NCBI GenBank assembly: GCA_902594815.1
Contig: CACJNL010000006.1
Coordinates: 349 to 64,348 of the forward strand
Source of the DNA: an uncultured Alphaproteobacteria bacterium
GTDB lineage: Bacteria > Pseudomonadota > Alphaproteobacteria > HIMB59 > GCA-002718135
DNA: 64,000 nt
Direction: 5' to 3'
Shown: positions 42,931 to 52,607 of the stretch, piece after piece
Numbering within the stretch: the stretch's first letter is position 1
Layout: each line of letters opens with the position of its first letter
The notes under the pieces: generated by a model
Told to the model about the DNA's origin: nothing
What the model saw: only the letters and a program-made list of their open reading frames with translations
The model's database searches: none
Position numbers and translations under genes: made by a program

Positions 42931-44631
42931 TTATTTTTTTTTCTTTAACACAGAACCGAGGATATCTCCAAGTGAAGCACCAGAATCACTAGATCCATAT
43001 TTTGATAATGCTTCTTTTTCATCAATAATTTCAATCTCTTTAATAGATAAATTAAGTGTTCTACTTTTTTGATCTACTGAAATTATAATAGAGTCAACTT
43101 GCTCTCCCTCAGCAAATCTATCAGTTTTTTGCTCTAATTTATCCCTAGACAGGTTTATTTTTTTTATAAAACCATGAACTTTATCACTTAGTTCTACTTT
43201 TAAGAATTTTTCATCTATTTCAATAATTTTTCCTGTAACTTTTGATTTTAGCGGGTTTTTTTCGATGTAGTCCTGTATCGGATCACTACTTAGCTGCTTA
43301 ATACCTAGACTAATTCTTTCTTTTTCAACATTTATTTCTAGGATCTTTACTTTAACCTTATCGCCTTTTTTAAAACTATCCAATATTTTTTGACATTCTT
43401 TTTCATTCCAATCTAGATCGGAAACATGAACCATGCCATCAATTTCTTCATGTACTTTTACAAATATTCCAAAATCAACAATGTTTACAACTTCAGTCTC
43501 AAAACTATCATTTACATTAAATTCATCAGTCAATTTAGACCATGGGTTATCCTTAGTTTGTTTAATACTGCATATTAATTTTCTTTTTTCTTCATCAACT
43601 TCAATTATTTTAACATCAGTAATATCTCCAACATTAAATAGTTTTGATGGATGAGGGGGCTTCTTTAACCAACTGATTTCATTAATAGACACTGTTCCAT
43701 CATATTTATCATTAATAAGAATGTTTAATGAAGTATCATTTATGGAATTAATTTTTGCAGAGACAGTGCTATTAGCAGATATGTTTTCTTCTAAATTATC
43801 CCAAGGATTTTCCTGTAGTTGTTTAATGCCAAGACTTAATCTTGATAATTCTTCATCAAATTTTAAAACTTTAACTTTTACATCTTGTCCTAAAGTTAAG
43901 ATTTCAGATGGGTTGTTAATTTTAGTCCATGAAATATCAGTAATATGAACCAGACCATCTAAACCCCCTAAATCAATAAAAGCTCCGTAGTCAGTAAGAT
44001 TTTTAACCTTACCTTCAATTATTGAACCTTCATTAATTGAATTTAAAAGCTCTTTTCTTTGTTCTTTAAGTTCTACTTCAGAAATTGCTTTTCTTGATAC
44101 TACGATATTTCCTCTAAATTTATCCATTTTTAAAATCATAAGATCAAGCGGTTTATTCAATAACTCTTTTGTATCTTTTATAATTTGACGTGTATCAATT
44201 TGGCTCCCTGGCAAAAAAGCAACTACTCCATTAAGATCAACGCTCATACCTCCCTTAACCCTATTAAAAGGAGTGCCAGTCACAACCCTATTGTTATCAA
44301 ATGAGTCCTGTAAAGTATTCCAAGCTTTTTGTTTTACAGCTTTTTCTCTTGATAAAATTGTTTCTCCGTTGGAGTTATCAACACTTTCTACATAAACTTC
44401 AAATGAATCACCTACGTTTATCTCTGGTTTTTGACCTGGTCTTGAAAACTCTGATAATGGAATTCTTCCTTCACTTTTTAAACCCACATCTATTGTGACT
44501 ATATCATTCTCAAAAGAAATTACACTTCCATTAACTATTGTTTTTTCTCGAATAGATTTATTTTCGAAAGATTTGCTAATAAGTGCTTCGTAGTCAGAGT
44601 TAGTTATTTTTTTTTGTTCAGTTTTTTCCAT
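42931..44631 (-). CDS. rpsA: 30S ribosomal protein S1
   Basis: 566 aa with six S1 repeats (e.g. GKVKNLTDYGAFIDLGGLDGLVHITDIS). Confidence 0.95.
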   Translation of the reverse strand: MEKTEQKKITNSDYEALISKSFENKSIREKTIVNGSVISFENDIVTIDVGLKSEGRIPLSEFSRPGQKPEINVGDSFEVYVESVDNSNGETILSREKAVKQKAWNTLQDSFDNNRVVTGTPFNRVKGGMSVDLNGVVAFLPGSQIDTRQIIKDTKELLNKPLDLMILKMDKFRGNIVVSRKAISEVELKEQRKELLNSINEGSIIEGKVKNLTDYGAFIDLGGLDGLVHITDISWTKINNPSEILTLGQDVKVKVLKFDEELSRLSLGIKQLQENPWDNLEENISANSTVSAKINSINDTSLNILINDKYDGTVSINEISWLKKPPHPSKLFNVGDITDVKIIEVDEEKRKLICSIKQTKDNPWSKLTDEFNVNDSFETEVVNIVDFGIFVKVHEEIDGMVHVSDLDWNEKECQKILDSFKKGDKVKVKILEINVEKERISLGIKQLSSDPIQDYIEKNPLKSKVTGKIIEIDEKFLKVELSDKVHGFIKKINLSRDKLEQKTDRFAEGEQVDSIIISVDQKSRTLNLSIKEIEIIDEKEALSKYGSSDSGASLGDILGSVLKKKK

Positions 44632-44633
44632 TA

Positions 44634-45269
44634 TTAAATTTGTCCAATCAATTGATTAATTTTTTTTAAGGAATTATTAAATAATCCAGAGTTATCAATA
44701 ATATATGCACCTTTTGGTATTACCAAAGGAGAATTTGAACGTGCTATATCTTGTTTATCTCTCAATTTAATTTCCTTTAAAATTTTCGCGTATATAGACT
44801 TTTCACCTAAATCAATCAACTGTTTATGTCGTCTTTTGGCTCTTACACTGGGTTTTACTTCAATAAAGAGCTTTAGATCAGCGTTTTTGAAAACTATTGA
44901 ACCAATATCTCTACCATCAATAACAAACCCCTTTTTTTCAGTTTTTTGGGTTGTGTGCATAATTTGTTGCTTATTGACATAATCTCTTATCAAATTCATT
45001 TTAGCAACAATTGATGTTACTTTTCCAATTTGCTCATTTCTTAGTTTATTATCATTTCTCAATGAGAGTTTTTTAGTTTTAATTAATATTTTTTTAATCT
45101 GATTTGTATTGTTTAAATCAACTTTGTAATCAATTAATAATTTTGCAACTTTCCTATAAAGTAGTCCAGAGTCTATGTGTAACAAATTAAATTTTTTTGC
45201 TATATATTTTGCAATACGACCCTTCCCGGATGCCGCAGGCCCGTCGATTGTAATAATAATTTTCTTCAA
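44634..45269 (-). CDS. cmk: cytidylate kinase
   Basis: ITIDGPAASGKG P-loop, 211 aa, upstream of rpsA. Confidence 0.9.
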   Translation of the reverse strand: MKKIIITIDGPAASGKGRIAKYIAKKFNLLHIDSGLLYRKVAKLLIDYKVDLNNTNQIKKILIKTKKLSLRNDNKLRNEQIGKVTSIVAKMNLIRDYVNKQQIMHTTQKTEKKGFVIDGRDIGSIVFKNADLKLFIEVKPSVRAKRRHKQLIDLGEKSIYAKILKEIKLRDKQDIARSNSPLVIPKGAYIIDNSGLFNNSLKKINQLIGQI

Positions 45270-46564
45270 CTTAAATTTCCACCAGCTTTGTTGAATTGTT
45301 CTCTAAAAAATGGAAAGCTGGTACTAATTGAGTCTGCTTCATTAATATGGAGTTTACCAATTCTTGAGCCTAAGACAGCAAAAGACATTGCTATCCTATG
45401 ATCAAAGTCAGTTCTTATTTCAGGATTTACAATTTTTTTGTTTTTAGTTGGATCTATAAAGAGGTCATTATTTTTTATTTCGCTGTAGCACCCACAATTA
45501 ATAAGATTACGATTTATAAGATCTAGTCTGTCGCTCTCTTTTACTCTTAATTCATCCAAACCTTTGAAATAACTTGGAGAATTTGCTTGTGATGCTGCGA
45601 TTGATAAAATAGGAAATTCATCTATCATTAATTTAGCTATTTCATGATCCAATACACAACCATGAAGCTCAGAGGATTTTATATTTAAATCTGCAACAAT
45701 CTCTCCAGCTCTAATTTTTTTATTTGATACCTCAATTTTTGCACCCATTTTTTCAAGAGCGATTAAAAGACCATTTCTTGTTGGGTTGATGTTTATATTT
45801 TTTAAAGTTACATTTGAATTCTTATTAATAAGTGCAGCTACGATAAAAAATGCGCTACTCGACAAATCAGCAGGCACGTCAATATTTTTAGGTGTTAAGG
45901 TTTTTTTACCAGTTATTTTAATCTCAGAACAATTATCACTTTTATTCACTTCTATGTCTGCTCCAAATGACTCAAGCATTATTTCAGTGTGATCTCTAGT
46001 TATGTTTTGTTCATTAATAAAGCTAGTTCCATGTGTATTTAAAGCTGCCAAAATTAAACCTGATTTTATTTGAGCAGATGGAATATCGATTTGTATTTTA
46101 CAATTTTTTAAAATTGAGCCGCTTATATGTAGAGGTAATTTTCCATCATTTGTTTTAATTTTAGCACCCATTTCAGTTAATGGATTGGTTATTCTTTTCA
46201 TAGGTCTAGATGAAAGAGATTTATCACCTGTTAAAACACAATCAAATTTTTGGGAAGCTAATAAACCAGTTAACAACCTTGCACTAGTTCCAGAATTACC
46301 TAAATACAAATCTTTAGTAGGTTGTTTAAGAGATTCTAACCCCTTTCCATTTATTATAATTTTCTTATTTTCTTCTTTAATTTTAACACCCATTTCCTTA
46401 AAAGCATCAATTGTACGAAGAACATCATCTGATTTTAATATATTTGTAATTTCGCAAATACCATTTGATATCGAAGGAATTATTATAGATCTGTGAGAAA
46501 TTGATTTATCTCCTGGAATTCTAATTATTCCATTAATTCCGATGTTCGTTTGATCACTGAACAT
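45266..46564 (-). CDS. aroA: 3-phosphoshikimate 1-carboxyvinyltransferase
   Basis: 432 aa with PGDKSISHR, LGNSGTSARLL and RVKESDR motifs. Confidence 0.92.
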   Translation of the reverse strand: MFSDQTNIGINGIIRIPGDKSISHRSIIIPSISNGICEITNILKSDDVLRTIDAFKEMGVKIKEENKKIIINGKGLESLKQPTKDLYLGNSGTSARLLTGLLASQKFDCVLTGDKSLSSRPMKRITNPLTEMGAKIKTNDGKLPLHISGSILKNCKIQIDIPSAQIKSGLILAALNTHGTSFINEQNITRDHTEIMLESFGADIEVNKSDNCSEIKITGKKTLTPKNIDVPADLSSSAFFIVAALINKNSNVTLKNININPTRNGLLIALEKMGAKIEVSNKKIRAGEIVADLNIKSSELHGCVLDHEIAKLMIDEFPILSIAASQANSPSYFKGLDELRVKESDRLDLINRNLINCGCYSEIKNNDLFIDPTKNKKIVNPEIRTDFDHRIAMSFAVLGSRIGKLHINEADSISTSFPFFREQFNKAGGNLS

Positions 46565-46566
46565 AA

Positions 46567-47310
46567 TTAAATAGAAAAGTTACTACCAAGATAAAACTTC
46601 TTAATTCTTTCATCAGAGATAGCTTCTTCAGGATTGCCACTAAAATAGATCATTCCTTCATTTACTATGTTCACTCTATCAACAATTTTGAGTGTCTCTC
46701 TTACATTATGATCTGTAATTAAAACACCAATATTTTTTTGCTTTAGTTTTTTGATTATTATTTTTATTTCTTCAATTGAAACTGGATCAATCCCAGTTAA
46801 TGGCTCATCAAGAAGAAGATACTTAGGTCGGGAGGCTAATGTTCGTGCAATTTCCAATCTTCGTCTTTCACCTCCTGAGAGGACAATTGATTTTGATTTT
46901 CTTACATGGCTTATATCAAATTCATTTAACAGGCTTTGTAAAATTATATCGTGTTTATTTTTATCCTTTTCAACAATTTCAATTATTGAAAGCAAGTTAT
47001 CTTCAACATTCATCCCTCTGAAGACTGATGGTTCTTGCGGCAAATAGCTGATTCCTTGCAGCCCTCTTGTGTAAATAGGCATTTTAGAAATTTCAATTTT
47101 ATCTAGTAAGATAGATCCTGTATCCGGCTTTACTAAACCAACTATCATATAAAATGTTGTAGTTTTTCCTGCACCGTTAGGGCCAAGTAATCCAACAATT
47201 TCACCTCTCTTAATTGTCAAACTTATATCTCTAACAACTTTTTTATTTCCATAGGATTTAGAAATTTTATTAATTACTAGTCCATCATCTAATAATTGAA
47301 ATTTACTCAT
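46567..47310 (-). CDS. lptB: LPS export ABC transporter ATP-binding protein
   Basis: 247 aa ABC ATPase (GPNGAGKTT, LSGGERRR) directly downstream of lptC-lptA. Confidence 0.88.
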   Translation of the reverse strand: MSKFQLLDDGLVINKISKSYGNKKVVRDISLTIKRGEIVGLLGPNGAGKTTTFYMIVGLVKPDTGSILLDKIEISKMPIYTRGLQGISYLPQEPSVFRGMNVEDNLLSIIEIVEKDKNKHDIILQSLLNEFDISHVRKSKSIVLSGGERRRLEIARTLASRPKYLLLDEPLTGIDPVSIEEIKIIIKKLKQKNIGVLITDHNVRETLKIVDRVNIVNEGMIYFSGNPEEAISDERIKKFYLGSNFSI

Positions 47311-48076
47311 TAGTATTTTTAATTGTTACTTTCACTTTTGATGTTTCATCTGATTTTACTTTATATGAGTTTTTAACAGTATCGAAATAACCATATTCAC
47401 CACTAATGATTTCTTGTCCTTTTACAATTTTTACTTTTGTGAACAATTCAAATATATTAGTTTCATCATCATAGATCGCTTTTTGGGAACTCATTTCAAG
47501 GTCTTCAGTATAAATTTTTAATAAATTTTTATCTTCTACTTCAAGTTTTTTTAATTGTTTTTTACCATCTATCTCAACAAATATTCCACTAATGTACTCT
47601 CCATAAATATCTAAACCATCATTTTTAAGATTAGAATTAGCACCTTTTAATTCAAAAGCTCCTAATAAATTATTTACTTTAATTGAGCCGTCTGAGCTCA
47701 TCTTTGTGTCTTGTAAATTTAGCAATGAGTTTTTACCAATAACTTTTATTTCTTCTGATTTTATATTAATTAAAATTTCATCACCTTTTCCGTTAATACC
47801 ATATTTGATTGCATTTATTGATGAGTTACCTTTTGTTTCAAGAGAAGTTATATCGTACAAATCAATTTCAAAATTTGCTTTTACATTATCCGAAGTTATT
47901 TTGAAATCGTCTGATGAAATTATTACGTTTTTTTTTAATAAATAGTATTTCTCATTTTGAAAAACCTCAATTCCATCATCTGTTGTGATTTCTGTTTCAC
48001 CTATGCCCCTGGAAACTCCATTCAGTGAGTATGAAATTAAAAAGCCTGCAAAAATTATTAATTTAACTACATTCAT
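47303..48076 (-). CDS. lptA: LPS transport periplasmic protein LptA (OstA-like)
   Basis: Signal peptide, beta-rich repeat-like sequence, position between lptC and lptB. Confidence 0.7.
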   Translation of the reverse strand: MNVVKLIIFAGFLISYSLNGVSRGIGETEITTDDGIEVFQNEKYYLLKKNVIISSDDFKITSDNVKANFEIDLYDITSLETKGNSSINAIKYGINGKGDEILINIKSEEIKVIGKNSLLNLQDTKMSSDGSIKVNNLLGAFELKGANSNLKNDGLDIYGEYISGIFVEIDGKKQLKKLEVEDKNLLKIYTEDLEMSSQKAIYDDETNIFELFTKVKIVKGQEIISGEYGYFDTVKNSYKVKSDETSKVKVTIKNTNE

Positions 48077-48522
48077 TTAATTTTTAAAACTGTTTGGCCT
48101 TTAAAGTTTATTATATTACCATTGTCTGTTATATCAAAGCCTGCTGAAATTATAGAAGTATTTTTAGATGAAAATTTTGATTTATTTTTACTTGTTGCAA
48201 TTAAGTTTTTTCTATCAAAGATGACATTATCAGATATTAATTGGAATTCTTTTGATTTAAATTTAACATTATTCTCTAAAAGAATTTTTTCTTCATTAAT
48301 AAAATTCCCATTTTTAGCTGTTATAAAAATTTCACTATTTTGCCCACTTATAGAAAATTTTGGTTTAACAATATCTGATTTACTTGTAGGCAATTCAGCC
48401 AATATGGGAAATGACTTTTCATTATTAATAAAATTATAGGAAAAAAAAATAATTATTATGACTATAAGACAGGTAATAAAAATAAATAATTTGTTCTTAT
48501 CTATTGAAAGTAAAAAATTCAA
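48073..48522 (-). CDS. lptC: LPS export system protein LptC
   Basis: 149 aa with a single N-terminal TM anchor. Sits in the kdsD-lptC-lptA-lptB order. Confidence 0.6.
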   Translation of the reverse strand: MNFLLSIDKNKLFIFITCLIVIIIIFFSYNFINNEKSFPILAELPTSKSDIVKPKFSISGQNSEIFITAKNGNFINEEKILLENNVKFKSKEFQLISDNVIFDRKNLIATSKNKSKFSSKNTSIISAGFDITDNGNIINFKGQTVLKIK

Positions 48523-48523
48523 T

Positions 48524-49480
48524 TTAGCTGCTTAACCTCAATAAATCATGAACATGAATAATCCCAATAGGTTTATTCTTTTCACAAATAAATAAACTAG
48601 TAATTTTTTTATTATTCATAATATTTAAAGCTTCACCGACAAGCATATCTTTTTCACCTATGCTTGGTTTTGTCGTCATAAGATCAGCTGCCTTTAGATT
48701 AAATAGTTTATCATTCATATTTCTTCTCAAATCACCATCCGTAATAATTCCTATTAATTTTTTTTTATTATTAATAACTCCTACACATCCAAAACTTTTT
48801 TTTGTCATTGTGATTAGAGATTTTGCCATTTTTTCATTTTCTTTTGCTAAAGGTAGTGCACTGCCAGTATGCATAATTTCGGATATTTTTTGTAAATCTT
48901 TACCTAGATTTCCTCCAGGGTGAAAACTTTTAAACTGACTACTTTTAAATCCTTTAAGTTCTAATAGTGCCATTGCTATACAATCACCTATTACTAACAT
49001 CAATGTAGTTGAACTTGTTGGAGCTAAATTATGTGGACATGCTTCAACTGGTTTTTTATACACTATACCTACAGTTGAGTTTTTGTATAAGGTGCTTTTT
49101 GCATTACTTGATATACTCACCATGGGTATGTCAAAACGCTTTGAGTAACTGATTATATTTTTTAATTCTGCTGTTTCGCCTGAATTTGAAATTGCTAATA
49201 TGCAATCATTTTTAGTTATTCCACCAAGATCACCGTGGCTAGCTTCCGTAGCATGAATTAAATAAGAAGGAGTTCCTGTGGAAGCTAGTGTTGCAGATAT
49301 TTTGTTACCAATGTGAGCACTTTTACCAACTCCCGTCACAATTACTCTGCCCTTGATTTTACTGAGTAAAATAACAGCTTTGTAAAAATTATTATTAAAA
49401 ATTTTCGATAAATTTTTTAACTCTTTTAATTCAGTATTAAGGGTATTTTTAGCTCTTTTGATTATGTTATTTTTATTCAT
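48524..49480 (-). CDS. kdsD: arabinose-5-phosphate isomerase (SIS + tandem CBS domains), KdsD/KpsF type
   Basis: GRVIVTGVGKSAHIG SIS motif, C-terminal CBS pair, upstream of the lpt genes. Confidence 0.8.
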   Translation of the reverse strand: MNKNNIIKRAKNTLNTELKELKNLSKIFNNNFYKAVILLSKIKGRVIVTGVGKSAHIGNKISATLASTGTPSYLIHATEASHGDLGGITKNDCILAISNSGETAELKNIISYSKRFDIPMVSISSNAKSTLYKNSTVGIVYKKPVEACPHNLAPTSSTTLMLVIGDCIAMALLELKGFKSSQFKSFHPGGNLGKDLQKISEIMHTGSALPLAKENEKMAKSLITMTKKSFGCVGVINNKKKLIGIITDGDLRRNMNDKLFNLKAADLMTTKPSIGEKDMLVGEALNIMNNKKITSLFICEKNKPIGIIHVHDLLRLSS

Positions 49481-49481
49481 T

Positions 49482-50096
49482 TTAATGCTTAAAAATATCT
49501 ACATCATGCCAGCCAAATAAATCAAGATCAGTACGATGATCCAAAAATTCAAAACATGCGTTCGCAATTTTAGTTCTATTTTCTCTCGCTAGCATAATAT
49601 CTAACTTATTTTTTAATTTATGAAGATGCAATACATCCGTTGCTGCATATATTTTTTGATCCTTTGATAATTTTCCTCCCCAATCGGATGATTGTTCTAC
49701 TTTTGAAATTGTTTCATTCAATAATTCTTTACACAAATCTTTGTAGCCATGTTTATCCGTATAAGTTCGTACAAGTTTAGAAGCAATTTTTGTGCAGTAA
49801 ATATTTTTTATTTCTAATTTGAAGGCATGTTTTAAAATTGCCACATCAAATCTTGCATAATGAAAGATTTTGGTAATACGACTATTTTTTAATAGTTTTA
49901 TCAGGCTTTTTGGTTTTTTTCTTAAATCTAAAATTTTTACTAAATGGCAAATCCCATCTCCAGAAGATAATTGCACTAAACATAATCTATCTCTTGCTGG
50001 ATTTAAGCCCATAGTTTCTGTATCAATTGCAACAACTTCCCCAAAATCTAAATTTTCTGGTAAATCATTTTCATAGTATTTTATTTTCATTTCCAA
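49482..50096 (-). CDS. 3'-5' exonuclease domain protein (small RNase D-like)
   Basis: 204 aa DEDDy-type: VAIDTET...LVQL..., HYARFDVAIL, YAATDVLHL. Confidence 0.7.
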   Translation of the reverse strand: MEMKIKYYENDLPENLDFGEVVAIDTETMGLNPARDRLCLVQLSSGDGICHLVKILDLRKKPKSLIKLLKNSRITKIFHYARFDVAILKHAFKLEIKNIYCTKIASKLVRTYTDKHGYKDLCKELLNETISKVEQSSDWGGKLSKDQKIYAATDVLHLHKLKNKLDIMLARENRTKIANACFEFLDHRTDLDLFGWHDVDIFKH

Positions 50097-50155
50097 ATTA
50101 ATTGTTCTTTATTTCAAATAATTAAGTTGTTATAGCATCAAACTCTATAAAAATC

Positions 50156-51052
50156 ATGAAATCTATAATTATATTTGGTGGTGCAGGATACATAGGAAAA
50201 AATCTAATCAGAAGATTTGCCAAAGAAGGTTACAAGATCATTGTTCCTTATCAAAAACAAACGAAAGAAGCTAACCTAAGGCTTCTAGGAGCAGTTGGCC
50301 AAATTATTCCTTTTCATTTTACATCGCTGAAAAATGATAAACTCCTTACCTTGCTAAATAACTCAGATTTTTGTATAAATTTAAAAACTTCTTGGTCTTC
50401 TAATAAATCAGAATTATCAAGCTCAATTCTTGATTTTAATTCGGAATTAATTGATCAAATAAAGCTCTCTTCTTCAATTAAAAAGTTTATATTTTTTTCA
50501 GGTCTTGGAACTGAAACAAGATCGACATTTAGAAATGAAATCATTTCAAAAGCTGAAAATTTAGTAATCGAAAATCTTCAAAATGCTGTTGTAATAAGAC
50601 CAAGCGTTATTCTAGGCAACAATGATCAGTTTTTATCAAATCTCTTACCAATTTTTAAAATGTCTTTTTTTGTCCCTCTGTTTGGTGATGGAAGTAAAAA
50701 ATTTCAACCCGTTTTAATTGATGATGTTGTAGAATTTGTTTCAAAAACAATTGAAGAAAGCAACAATGATAAACAATTATTTGAATTAGCAGGGCCTGAT
50801 ATTTTTACTTATAGAGAATTTTATAATCTCATTGCAGATGCAATGAATAAAAAAAGAGTTCTTGTTACGACGCCAATGCCTATTATGAAGCCAGTTGTTG
50901 GGTTAGGAGAAAAACTACCTTTTTTTCCTATTAATTCTGAGCAATTATCTCTTTTTGAGACTGATAATACCTTATCAGGCAAAGAATCTGGTTTTGACTT
51001 CCACGAGATATCCCCAAAAAGTGTAATTTCAGCAGTTAAAAAATCATTGTAA
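50156..51052 (+). CDS. NAD(P)-dependent epimerase/dehydratase family protein (complex I NDUFA9-like)
   Basis: N-terminal IIFGGAGYIGKNL Rossmann motif. 298 aa. Confidence 0.65.
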   Translation: MKSIIIFGGAGYIGKNLIRRFAKEGYKIIVPYQKQTKEANLRLLGAVGQIIPFHFTSLKNDKLLTLLNNSDFCINLKTSWSSNKSELSSSILDFNSELIDQIKLSSSIKKFIFFSGLGTETRSTFRNEIISKAENLVIENLQNAVVIRPSVILGNNDQFLSNLLPIFKMSFFVPLFGDGSKKFQPVLIDDVVEFVSKTIEESNNDKQLFELAGPDIFTYREFYNLIADAMNKKRVLVTTPMPIMKPVVGLGEKLPFFPINSEQLSLFETDNTLSGKESGFDFHEISPKSVISAVKKSL

Positions 51053-51173
51053 AACATCAATTTTTTCACGATCAGTACCGTTATTGTACTAAATAGTAAA
51101 TTTTAGTATTTATTTTCATTTATATTTTCGTTAAGTGCATATTTTCTTAAATATTAGTATCAAAAATGTACAA

Positions 51174-52607
51174 ATGTTAAAATTTACTTCAATTAACAAA
51201 GAAAATCCTAGCAAAGTTGACTCCAAGACCAGATCAGCAAATTTTGATGAAATATATGCTAATTTTGCCAAACAGAAGGCAGAAGAGCAAGCTTCCAGGT
51301 GTTCTCAATGCGGTGTTCCTTTTTGCCAGGTTCACTGCCCGCTTCATAACAATATTCCTGACTGGCTTAAATTAACAGCTGAAAACAGATTAGAGGAGGC
51401 TTATCAAGTATCAAGTGCCACGAATAACATGCCTGAGATTTGTGGGAGAATATGTCCTCAAGATCGTTTATGTGAGGGTAACTGTGTTATTGAGCAATCA
51501 GGTCATGGAACGGTCACGATAGGGTCTATTGAAAAATATATTACTGATACAGCTTGGGATAAAGGATGGATTAAAAAAATTGAACCAAATATTAATAGAG
51601 ATCAATCCATTGGCGTTATAGGTGCTGGTCCAGCAGGTTTAGCAGCTGCTGAAGAATTAAGAAAACTTGGTTATAAAATTACTATATATGACCGATACGA
51701 TAGAGCGGGGGGATTACTTATTTATGGAATTCCAAATTTTAAATTAGAAAAAGAGATTGTTACAAGACGAACAAAACTTTTAGAAGACAGTGGAGTTGAA
51801 TTTAAATTAAATTTTAATGTTGGTGAGGACAAAACTTTAGAGGAACTCAGAAGAGATCATAATGCAGTTGTAATTGCAACGGGGGTTTATAAATCTAGAG
51901 ATATAAATCTAAATGAGCAAAATTATTCTAATGTAGTTCCCGCCTTAAAGTATTTAACAGCCAGTAATAAAGTTGGATTGAAAGATAAAGTTGATGATTT
52001 TGATAGTGGTTTATTAAACGCAAATAATAAAAACGTTATAGTTGTTGGTGGTGGTGACACAGCAATGGACTGTGTTAGGACTGCTGTTCGTCAAGGTGCA
52101 ACATCAGTAAAATGCTTGTATCGTAGAGATAAAAATAACATGCCTGGATCTCAAAGAGAAGTTGAAAATGCAATTGAAGAAGGTGTTGATTTTAACTGGC
52201 TTACATTACCAACGCAGTATCAAGGAAAAGATAAATTAGAACATGTAAAAATTGTAAAGATGGAGCTTGGCTCTCCAGATGAAAGTGGAAGAAGAAAACC
52301 GGAAATAAAAGATAATAGTGAAGAAATTTTAAAAGCAGATTTAGTAATTGAAGCACTTGGTTTTGAACCAGAAGATTTACCTGTAATGTTTAATGAACCA
52401 AAACTAAATGTTACGCAGTGGGGAACTTTGAAAGTTGATTACAAAAATCTTATGACATCCCTCGATGGTGTATTTGCTGCTGGTGATATTGTTAGGGGTG
52501 CAAGTCTTGTTGTTTGGGGTATCAAAGATGGAAGAGATGCCGCCGGTCATATTCACAACTACCTCAGTAAAAATATTGAAGAAAGTAAAAGAGTTGTTAA
52601 TGAATAA
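51174..52607 (+). CDS. gltD: glutamate synthase (NADPH) small subunit
   Basis: Fe-S Cys clusters (RCSQCGVPFC, CPLHNNIP), GAGPAGLAAA, GGGDTAMDC. Start set at ATG 51174 (MLKFTSINK), because the track GTG at 51135 looks over-extended. Confidence 0.9.
   Translation: MLKFTSINKENPSKVDSKTRSANFDEIYANFAKQKAEEQASRCSQCGVPFCQVHCPLHNNIPDWLKLTAENRLEEAYQVSSATNNMPEICGRICPQDRLCEGNCVIEQSGHGTVTIGSIEKYITDTAWDKGWIKKIEPNINRDQSIGVIGAGPAGLAAAEELRKLGYKITIYDRYDRAGGLLIYGIPNFKLEKEIVTRRTKLLEDSGVEFKLNFNVGEDKTLEELRRDHNAVVIATGVYKSRDINLNEQNYSNVVPALKYLTASNKVGLKDKVDDFDSGLLNANNKNVIVVGGGDTAMDCVRTAVRQGATSVKCLYRRDKNNMPGSQREVENAIEEGVDFNWLTLPTQYQGKDKLEHVKIVKMELGSPDESGRRKPEIKDNSEEILKADLVIEALGFEPEDLPVMFNEPKLNVTQWGTLKVDYKNLMTSLDGVFAAGDIVRGASLVVWGIKDGRDAAGHIHNYLSKNIEESKRVVNE

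Noticed and set aside
51087-51108. Inverted repeat TACTAAA-N8-TTTAGTA upstream of gltD, sharing half-sites with the LacI operator candidate at 60504.
   Set aside because: The spacing is different (8 nt versus 2 nt). The half-site is an AT-rich 7-mer expected many times by chance in this genome. There is no functional reason for a sugar repressor to control gltDB.
52465-52599. Long 5' extensions of track ORFs: gltB from 52465, gltD from 51135, ABC ATPase from 22892, SBP from 60502, second permease from 62640.
   Set aside because: The extensions overlap upstream genes or lack family-typical sequence. Internal ATG codons with better context give canonical N-termini (a GGAGG before 60484, and stop/start overlaps at 52600 and 62673).
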